Positions 25,794 through 32,000 of a stretch of DNA of 32,000 bases are shown in pieces. The notes under the pieces were generated by a model. It had not been told where the DNA came from and searched no databases. It worked only from the letters and a program-made list of their open reading frames with translations. The stretch is from contig JAIPHU010000007.1 of NCBI GenBank assembly GCA_021735045.1, forward strand, positions 24,583-56,582, read 5' to 3'. Source of the DNA: Candidatus Omnitrophota bacterium (lineage in GTDB: Bacteria; Omnitrophota; Gorgyraeia; Duberdicusellales; 4484-171). A program made the position numbers and the translations under genes. The stretch's first letter is position 1. Each line of letters begins with the position of its first letter.

Positions 25794-26022
25794 TACTATT
25801 TAAAATATCTCTTACTAATTTTATCAATTCTTCTGAATTTTTCACATTAAAATTGTCTTCAGCAATAGTAATATTATATTTATTTTCTATGGCAAAAATT
25901 ATTTCTATTAAACTAAAAGAATCTATATCTAAATCACTAAACTCTTTTTTTATATCTATTCTTTCGGATAACTTAGCTACTTGAGTTATAATTTTAATAA
26001 TTTCTTTTTCTAGATTATCCAT
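25786..26022 (-). CDS. Acyl carrier protein
   Basis: 78 aa, acidic. DLDIDSFSLIEII contains the DS(L/F) phosphopantetheine-attachment motif. GGAGG lies upstream. Confidence 0.8.
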   Translation of the reverse strand: MDNLEKEIIKIITQVAKLSERIDIKKEFSDLDIDSFSLIEIIFAIENKYNITIAEDNFNVKNSEELIKLVRDILNSNG

Positions 26023-26028
26023 TAATTT

Positions 26029-26910
26029 TTAAACCTCCAAAAACATACAACTACTATTAGTATTATCTCCTAAATTAAGAAATATAACCTTTAGGTTTTC
26101 TTTATTTAATAAATTAATTTTGTTTTTTTTACTTAAAAATTTAAAAATCTGGATTAAAGGAGAACTTTTTTTCGTTTTACAGTCTAAATTAAAAAAATTC
26201 AGTTTTGAGATATCCCCAAACAAAGACAAAACATCTCTTTCTAAAAAATGCCTATCTGTACCGGGAATACCAGAACTAATGATATAGTCAATTTTTGTAA
26301 TATCCCTACAAGAATTATTTAAAATTCTTCTTAAAGCTTTTACTAAACCCTGATTTTTACCTTTAGATTCAAAATATTGAGAAATCATTAAATTTTTCCC
26401 ATAAGCTTTTTCACTATTTACAATAGAATGATTTTCTAAAATAAAACATACACTTGTTTGAAATGACTTCTTCCTATTAAAATTTTCATCTAACTCCAAA
26501 ACAAATGCTTTATTTTTTTTGTTTCTCTTTAAAAAAAGTATTGCTTGAGAAAAAGCATCTAGTCCAGAAGAACTACCCGAACAAAAAGTAGTAGCTACCT
26601 TTTTTATATTTAGTTTAATAGAAAGATCACAGCTTAAATAAGAAACTAAAGTTTTTACAAATTTATATGGTTCAACTTTCCGTATGCCTCCAGATTTATA
26701 ATCTTGATAAAATTCTTTTCTTAAAAAAAAATTATTAAATGTTGTTCCTACAAACAAACCTGAATTCAAAAAATCTCTCTGTTTAAATTTTAAATTACTA
26801 TCTTCTAAGGCAATTTTTATAGACTCTAAAGCAATATCTTCTCTACCAGCTATTTTTTTTGTTTTTTTACCTATCCCCATTACTGCATTATTCATAATAT
26901 ATTTTCTCAT
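26029..26910 (-). CDS. Truncated KS-like (thiolase-fold) protein retaining the Cys position but lacking both catalytic His
   Basis: ATTFCSGSSSGLDAF aligns with T.TACASG..A. IDYIISSGIPGTDRHFLERDVLSLFG aligns with IDYINAHGTGT..D..E..A....FG (His replaced by Ser). No DA.H.T motif. 293 aa. Confidence 0.55.
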   Translation of the reverse strand: MRKYIMNNAVMGIGKKTKKIAGREDIALESIKIALEDSNLKFKQRDFLNSGLFVGTTFNNFFLRKEFYQDYKSGGIRKVEPYKFVKTLVSYLSCDLSIKLNIKKVATTFCSGSSSGLDAFSQAILFLKRNKKNKAFVLELDENFNRKKSFQTSVCFILENHSIVNSEKAYGKNLMISQYFESKGKNQGLVKALRRILNNSCRDITKIDYIISSGIPGTDRHFLERDVLSLFGDISKLNFFNLDCKTKKSSPLIQIFKFLSKKNKINLLNKENLKVIFLNLGDNTNSSCMFLEV

Positions 26911-26921
26911 AAAAAAAATAA

Positions 26922-27923
26922 TTAATATCCATCTTCAATCAAACCATTAAAATGATATGGTTTATTTTTTGGCAAAGAGAAAAAAGACTTTTTTCCTAAA
27001 TCAGAATATAAGCAATTTTCTTTTTGGTAACAACTAAAACCTATTTTTTTTAAATTTTCTAAATACAGTTTATGGCTTACTGAACATCGTACTTCTTTAT
27101 ATTTTTGGCCAGTAGAGCGAGTAAAAATATCAGACAGCAATAAAAAAAAGACTCGAAAAAATTTCAAATCTATTACTATATCCACCAAATAAATAGAAGA
27201 TCTCCTTTTTTCTGCAATAATATAGCCTAATATTTTTTTATCTAAAACAGCAGTATAAATAGTATAATTATTATCTGGTTTATAAAAGTACTTCCACTCT
27301 AAAAAATCTGCATCTGCCTGCATAAGAAAGTAATACTGAGAAGAAACTCTCTTAAAGAAATGACTCATCATTTTTTTAGAAAAATCATTTTTTTTAATTT
27401 TTATCTTATCACTACTAAAATCTAATTTTGCAGCTAAAGAAAAAGGGCAAAAAAGATTATAAACCGTAGCAAGACTTCTCCATTTAATCTTTTTAAAGGT
27501 TTGTTCTATTTGATTATCGTTGGGAAAAGTCAAAAAAAAGTCTCTATCTTTAAAAAATTTTTTATACCCAGAAAAAAGACAAGAAAACAGCATAGGAAAT
27601 TCTTTTCTATAATCAGGATCAATCATTAAGTCACAACCTATAGCCCCTTTTATCTTTTTTGAGTTAAGCATACCCTCAAAAAGAATACTCCCTCCATATC
27701 CTACTATTTCATCTTTATTTTTTTTGATGATAATTGCATTAAAAGTTAAAGTTGGGTTAGAATAACTTCTATATCTTTCTTTTAAAAAATTCTTGCTTGC
27801 AGATGGAGAAAAAAATGAAAGGCCTCTACCCTGCATTTTTTTTATAAATTTATATAAATCATCCAAATCATCTCGGCTGCAGAGTTTTAGTTTAAAATTA
27901 AAAATATTATCCATTATTAACAA
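26922..27923 (-). CDS. GNAT-fold / FemAB-like (tandem-domain) acyltransferase (tentative)
   Basis: Two GNAT-like halves (IIIKKNKDEIVGYGGSI...; YTAVLDKKILGYIIAEKRRSSIYLVDIVI...) and an FLEWKY motif. By eye only. The ATG at 27914 (MDNIF) is an alternative start. Confidence 0.4.
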   Translation of the reverse strand: MLIMDNIFNFKLKLCSRDDLDDLYKFIKKMQGRGLSFFSPSASKNFLKERYRSYSNPTLTFNAIIIKKNKDEIVGYGGSILFEGMLNSKKIKGAIGCDLMIDPDYRKEFPMLFSCLFSGYKKFFKDRDFFLTFPNDNQIEQTFKKIKWRSLATVYNLFCPFSLAAKLDFSSDKIKIKKNDFSKKMMSHFFKRVSSQYYFLMQADADFLEWKYFYKPDNNYTIYTAVLDKKILGYIIAEKRRSSIYLVDIVIDLKFFRVFFLLLSDIFTRSTGQKYKEVRCSVSHKLYLENLKKIGFSCYQKENCLYSDLGKKSFFSLPKNKPYHFNGLIEDGY

Positions 27924-29007
27924 CTTGATTAATCGTATTTATTATTTCCTCAACCTCTTTTTCTTTTATAAAAGAAAAAAGAGGAAGCTGTATAGCTTGA
28001 TTATAATATTTATTACTAACCGGAAAATCTCCTTCTCTAAAAGCACTTAAATTTTCCATTAAATGTAAAGGAGTATAAGGCCTCTGCCAATTTATCCCCT
28101 TTTTTTCTAGATATTTTCCTAGCTTATTTCTTTTTTTAGAAAAAATGACAAAATTTTGAGGAATTGATAAATTATCTTTATTATCTTTAAATATCTTGAT
28201 ATCTTCTGCTCCTCCTAACCCCTTTTCATACCTATCCTTAGCTTTTATCCTTGATTCTATTATTTTTTTTAGATATTTAAACTTTACTTTAACCGAAGAT
28301 AAATCTAGAAGGTTTATTTTTGCAAACCTTTGTCCAGGTCTTAATAAAGCCTTATCATCTTTCCATATCTTTGTATAATCATTAATTTTACTATACTTGT
28401 CTTTATTAAAACAAACCATTCCTCCTCCGCCGCCACAAGACGAAAGTGGTTTATAGTAAGAAAAGGAAAAACAAGAAATATCTCCAAACACTCCTAGTTT
28501 TTTTCCTCTATATTGGGAGCTTTCCGCTTGACAGCAATCTTCAACTATAGATAATCCCTGTGTTTTGGCAATTTTTAAGATAGCCGGAATATTACCAGCT
28601 CGTGAAAACATATGAGCCATAATGATTGCTTTTGTGTTCTTTTTAATCTTTTTCTCTAATAAAGACTCATCTATTTGCAAATCTTCTTCTTTAGCATCAA
28701 CAAAAATCGGAGTAGCCCCCAAATAAATAACAGTTAAAGCAACCGCCGGATAAGTGATATTAGGCACTATCACACTGTCGCCTTTTTTAACTCCTACTGC
28801 TAAAAGAGCTAGTTGCAGCGCATCAGTGCCAGAGTTTAGGGCTATAGCATGTTTTGTTCCAATATAATGCGCAAATATTTTTTCAAACTCCCTTCTTAAT
28901 AAATCAACATCATTTAACCCCTCTATTCTTCTTAGGTCAATATCCAATTGTTTCTGGTACTCTTTTATCAAAGCTCTATCTATGCGCATATTTTCATATC
29001 TTACCAT
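27907..29007 (-). CDS. DegT/DnrJ/EryC1/StrS-family PLP-dependent sugar aminotransferase
   Basis: NSGTDALQLALLA, IVEDCCQA, SFSYYKPLSSCGGGG (PLP Lys). GAGGT SD upstream. Confidence 0.85.
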   Translation of the reverse strand: MVRYENMRIDRALIKEYQKQLDIDLRRIEGLNDVDLLRREFEKIFAHYIGTKHAIALNSGTDALQLALLAVGVKKGDSVIVPNITYPAVALTVIYLGATPIFVDAKEEDLQIDESLLEKKIKKNTKAIIMAHMFSRAGNIPAILKIAKTQGLSIVEDCCQAESSQYRGKKLGVFGDISCFSFSYYKPLSSCGGGGGMVCFNKDKYSKINDYTKIWKDDKALLRPGQRFAKINLLDLSSVKVKFKYLKKIIESRIKAKDRYEKGLGGAEDIKIFKDNKDNLSIPQNFVIFSKKRNKLGKYLEKKGINWQRPYTPLHLMENLSAFREGDFPVSNKYYNQAIQLPLFSFIKEKEVEEIINTINQVVNNG

Positions 29008-29017
29008 TTCACTTACC

Positions 29018-30046
29018 TCAACTATTTTTAATAAATATCTTATCCATTTTCTGAATTTTTATGCAAATATTTTTATAGGCTTCAAACTTTCCTTTCATTT
29101 TTGGGTTGTTTTGTTTAGCTAAAATCAAAGACGCATTGAAATTACTAAAATTCCGATAACTTCTTTTTTCCCCAAAAAAACTATCTACCTTTTTTAAATA
29201 ATTAATCATATTTTCTCTAAATATTTTAACTTTTCCTTTTGAAACTTGAAAAATAAAAAAAGATTTTCGCAACCTTTGAGGAAATGTTAAAAAAGTCCAA
29301 TTAGGTAATACACTACCATTGGGTTGTATAACCAAATCTATAGATTTTTTAATTATTTTACTGTAATCTTTACACACTAACTTGCCATTATAGCTTTTAT
29401 CATAGTCTAATACTTTCTTATAATTTTCAAGAAATATTTTACCCTTCTGATAAGTCCAATCAGCCATAAAAGCAGGATGAACTTCGATATAATTGAGGCC
29501 TAAATTTACTAAATATTTAAAGTTTTCAAACATTGATTCTACTTCTTGGGGACAAACCGTCATAGTAGGATTTAGGTCCAAATTATATTCTACAATCATC
29601 CTAATATTTTGCAAACACCCCTGGAAATTTTCCTTATCTAGGCCCCGCCTGTGTCGAGAAGTTACTGAAAACCCCCCATCTATACCCGGCTCAACTATCA
29701 CATTTTTTTCTTTTAAAAATTTTGCCTTCTCAATTGATAAAAGCAAAATATTAGTCTGTAAACTTATACTACTTTTCGGATACATTTTTCTTAAATATCT
29801 TATTATTTTCTTTGTATGCTGCCAACACAATAACGGTTCTCCTCCCGATAACACAAAACAATATTTTTTGTCTAATGGAAAAGCTTCTAATAGTTTTAAT
29901 AATGACTGGTAAGTTAAATTGGTATCTTTTTTCCGATCAGAGAAAAAACAGTAGTCGCAGTTAAGATTGCATTTATTGGTTACAAATATCCAAATGTTTT
30001 GGAAATTGACTGTTTTAAAGATCTTTTTTACTGTTGGACTATCCAT
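29018..30046 (-). CDS. Radical SAM enzyme (fourth), without an obvious C-terminal Cys cluster
   Basis: VTNKCNLNCDYCFF (C-x3-C-x2-C), LSGGEPLL. The C-terminal ~130 aa lack a Cys-rich motif. Confidence 0.75.
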   Translation of the reverse strand: MDSPTVKKIFKTVNFQNIWIFVTNKCNLNCDYCFFSDRKKDTNLTYQSLLKLLEAFPLDKKYCFVLSGGEPLLCWQHTKKIIRYLRKMYPKSSISLQTNILLLSIEKAKFLKEKNVIVEPGIDGGFSVTSRHRRGLDKENFQGCLQNIRMIVEYNLDLNPTMTVCPQEVESMFENFKYLVNLGLNYIEVHPAFMADWTYQKGKIFLENYKKVLDYDKSYNGKLVCKDYSKIIKKSIDLVIQPNGSVLPNWTFLTFPQRLRKSFFIFQVSKGKVKIFRENMINYLKKVDSFFGEKRSYRNFSNFNASLILAKQNNPKMKGKFEAYKNICIKIQKMDKIFIKNS

Positions 30047-31230
30047 TTTATTTTATCAATAGTGTTAGGCATTCCCTTAAACCAGGATTGCTTAACCTTT
30101 AAGGTTTTTTTAGAGCCTTTTAGAAGATTCGCTATGGCTTCCTCTAGGTTGGTAGGATTTAACTCTTTTCTCAATATTATTTCGGAAGGAATATAGTTTT
30201 TTGCTAAATCTGCTCTCCATCTTTGTTCTGAAGTATAATAAGGAACAATAATTGTTTTTTTTCGGTAATATAACAATCTGGCTATAGTATTATAACCTGA
30301 CATATTAACCGATAAGTCACAAGCTTTAAGATAAAAATCAAACTCTCTAGGATTAATAACTTTTTTTAATTTAGCATTTTTTATTTTTTTTGCTATTTTT
30401 TTATATTGTCTAAATTCATTGACTGTTGTGGCTGGCCCTGTTGAAACTAAAAAAAACAAATTTTTATTTCTTTTTGCTGTCAACAAAGCGGTTAATATTA
30501 TTTTTTTATTTACAATGCCTCCGCCTCGACTTACCAAAATTAACTTTTCATATTTATTTTTTAGCAATTTATTTTTTTGAGAAATAACTGCTTTTCTTTG
30601 GTTATCATTAAAGATAAAACCAGTAAAGCTAATCTTATCAGAAAAATCATCGAAAACATTATCCAATTCAATTACAGCTTTTTTATGAAGATATTTCAAA
30701 TAACCTTGGCAAAATACCTTAGGAGAATGTATTAGTAAATAATCATAATATTTTTTTATATTCTCATAGGTAAAATTAGAATAATTAAGATATCCGCTGC
30801 TTGCAACTATTTTGCATCCAATCTCATTTTTTAGATATTCCAATAAATAAGGCAGTTCAAACGTCCAAAATTCTTGGCCAAAAGGAAAATATTCACTGAT
30901 AAATAGATTCGGTTGAAACGTTTTTATCTTTTTTTTCATAAACCTCAACCGTTCTTTTAACATTACTTTAACCTTACTATTTTCAATAAACTTATTATAA
31001 ATACTCTCTTTTTGCTCAATAAATAACCCCTTTTTATCTATCGCATAAGGCATGATATCAACTTTTGCATATCTACCAAAGGGTAATATATTTTGCTTTT
31101 TGCCACTTTGTAAAACTAAAATTTTTATATTTTTGCCAAAATACTCTTTTAACCCCTTAACTAAAGAAAATACTCTAGTTGAATGCCCTAATGTGTTATA
31201 ATGGCTAAAATAAAAAACTAATTTTATCAT
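30028..31230 (-). CDS. GT-B fold glycosyltransferase or UDP-sugar hydrolase with a MurG/PseG-like (GT28-type) C-terminal domain
   Basis: N-terminal FYFSHYNTLGHSTRV (G-x-G-H-like loop), LVSRGGG, ACDLSVNMSGYNTIARLLYYRKKTIIVPY..EQ..RA. Confidence 0.6.
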   Translation of the reverse strand: MIKLVFYFSHYNTLGHSTRVFSLVKGLKEYFGKNIKILVLQSGKKQNILPFGRYAKVDIMPYAIDKKGLFIEQKESIYNKFIENSKVKVMLKERLRFMKKKIKTFQPNLFISEYFPFGQEFWTFELPYLLEYLKNEIGCKIVASSGYLNYSNFTYENIKKYYDYLLIHSPKVFCQGYLKYLHKKAVIELDNVFDDFSDKISFTGFIFNDNQRKAVISQKNKLLKNKYEKLILVSRGGGIVNKKIILTALLTAKRNKNLFFLVSTGPATTVNEFRQYKKIAKKIKNAKLKKVINPREFDFYLKACDLSVNMSGYNTIARLLYYRKKTIIVPYYTSEQRWRADLAKNYIPSEIILRKELNPTNLEEAIANLLKGSKKTLKVKQSWFKGMPNTIDKIKWIVQQ

Positions 31231-32000
31231 GATAGCTATTATTTTTTATACTCTTATAGTAATTACAGGATTTTTGACTATCTCCACCGACATTTTAAGA
31301 AAAAAGATAAAAAATAAACATCTTGTTTTCATTGCCGCTATAGCGATATTTCTATATATCTTTTTTGGGATAAAAGGAGACTTTAAAATATCTTTACCTT
31401 TGATTATAAATCCTGTTATTGCGTTAATGATAAGCCTTTTACTTTATTTTTGTGATATGTGGAAAGCAGGAGATGCAAAATTATTCGTTGTATATTCTCT
31501 GCTTGTATATAAAAATAACTACTCTGCTACTCTGCCTCTTTCTTGCTTTGTTATTTTTGTAAATACTTTTTTGATAAGTTTTATCTGTTTAATCCCTTAT
31601 ATTATAAAAAACATTATAGACAATAAGAATAAGATGCGCAAGAAAATACTCTCTAAAGATACACTTAAATATCTTTTAAAAATAATTCTAATAGCTTTTT
31701 CTATATCCTGGCTAATAAAACCAGTTCTTAGGTTATTGCCTTTTAAAAATATATTTTTTCTAGAATTTACCTTTATTTACCTAGGTTATTTATTTATTTA
31801 TAAATATATAGATAAAATAAAAAGTAAAAAAACTTTGCTAATATTAATATTTGCAATTGGGTTAATTACACGTTATATCCTAATGCCGGAATCTTTTCAA
31901 TTGGTCAATATCTCTGCCTATCTCAGGCGCATATTTCAATTTTCGTTACTTATTTATATAATAAGGGCAGTTATGAATATAGAAGAAAAAAAATCGGCCC
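31229..32000 (+). CDS. Prepilin-peptidase (A24, CpaA/TadV-like) polytopic membrane protein. Partial; continues beyond the right edge.
   Basis: Not in the ORF track. My translation from ATG 31229 is open to the window end: MIAIIFYTLIVITGFLTISTDILRKKIKN...MWKAGDAKLFVV. These are the two Asp motifs of A24 peptidases (D....I.N and G.GD.KL). Several hydrophobic segments. Confidence 0.6.
   Translation, partial: MIAIIFYTLIVITGFLTISTDILRKKIKNKHLVFIAAIAIFLYIFFGIKGDFKISLPLIINPVIALMISLLLYFCDMWKAGDAKLFVVYSLLVYKNNYSATLPLSCFVIFVNTFLISFICLIPYIIKNIIDNKNKMRKKILSKDTLKYLLKIILIAFSISWLIKPVLRLLPFKNIFFLEFTFIYLGYLFIYKYIDKIKSKKTLLILIFAIGLITRYILMPESFQLVNISAYLRRIFQFSLLIYIIRAVMNIEEKKSA

Noticed and set aside
24630-26910. 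Type II aromatic PKS (KS-alpha/CLF/ACP) or aryl-polyene cluster
   Set aside because: No ketoreductase, dehydratase, cyclase/aromatase or thioesterase is present. The KS-like partner keeps the Cys and loses the His residues, which is the opposite of a classical CLF. The context is sugar-tailoring.
19958-29017. RiPP (peptide natural product) cluster, suggested by the SPASM-type radical-SAM enzymes
   Set aside because: No gap in the island exceeds 32 nt. No small sense-strand ORF with a leader/core-like sequence exists, and no protease or ABC exporter is present. A precursor encoded elsewhere cannot be excluded.
29493-29912. 139-aa plus-strand ORF
   Set aside because: It is antisense to the fourth radical-SAM gene, which carries clear C-x3-C-x2-C and GGEPLL motifs. 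There is no motif, SD or operon context on the plus strand.
19990-30046. Ladderane- or membrane-spanning-lipid-type cluster (multiple radical SAM + KS + ACP)
   Set aside because: It is attractive because of the four rSAMs with KS and ACP. However, the DegT aminotransferase, GT-B, CE4-like deacetylase and kinase point to carbohydrate chemistry. None of the desaturase, methyltransferase or glycerol-lipid genes expected for those pathways is in the window. It is mentioned only as a remote analogy.

Overview
This is a very AT-rich bacterial window with no rRNA, tRNA, CRISPR, transposase or integrase that I can see. It splits into two parts.

(1) Positions 1-19108 hold a tightly packed housekeeping array, all on the minus strand. 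In transcription order: rplU, obg, proB, a trypsin-fold/TPR protein, proA, a four-helix-bundle ('23S rRNA IVS protein' family) cassette, nadD, a phosphohexomutase, plsC, rpsA, tyrS, two tandem GalT-family genes, gap, pgk, tpiA, secG, a TPR protein and the 5' part of polA. The polA fragment runs off the left edge and is missing from the ORF track.

(2) Positions 19232-31230 hold a ~12 kb accessory island made of two convergent operons whose stop codons overlap.
- Plus strand: a CE4-like deacetylase, three radical-SAM enzymes with SPASM/twitch-like Cys clusters (two are tandem paralogs), an APH/ThrB2-like kinase with an altered catalytic motif, and a short asparagine-synthetase-like domain with a degenerate PP-loop.
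- Minus strand: a GT-B (MurG/PseG-like) glycosyltransferase, a fourth radical-SAM enzyme, a DegT-family aminotransferase, a GNAT/FemAB-like acyltransferase, a His-less KS-like protein, an ACP and a FabF-type KS.

I cannot assign the island to any named pathway. My best inference is a radical-SAM-tailored amino-sugar or glycolipid N-acylated from a dedicated ACP. A prepilin-peptidase (A24)-like membrane protein starts at 31229 and runs off the right edge.

Secondary oddities:
- A catalytically degenerate GalT paralog.
- A triad-less trypsin-fold/TPR gene translationally coupled inside proB-proA.
- An Obg with non-canonical G1/G3/G4 motifs and no rpmA next to rplU.
- A histone-H1-like Lys-rich tail on L21.
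- An inverted-repeat-flanked four-helix-bundle cassette.
- Structured intercistronic elements in the gap-pgk-tpiA operon.

All motif alignments were done by eye. No database search was possible.
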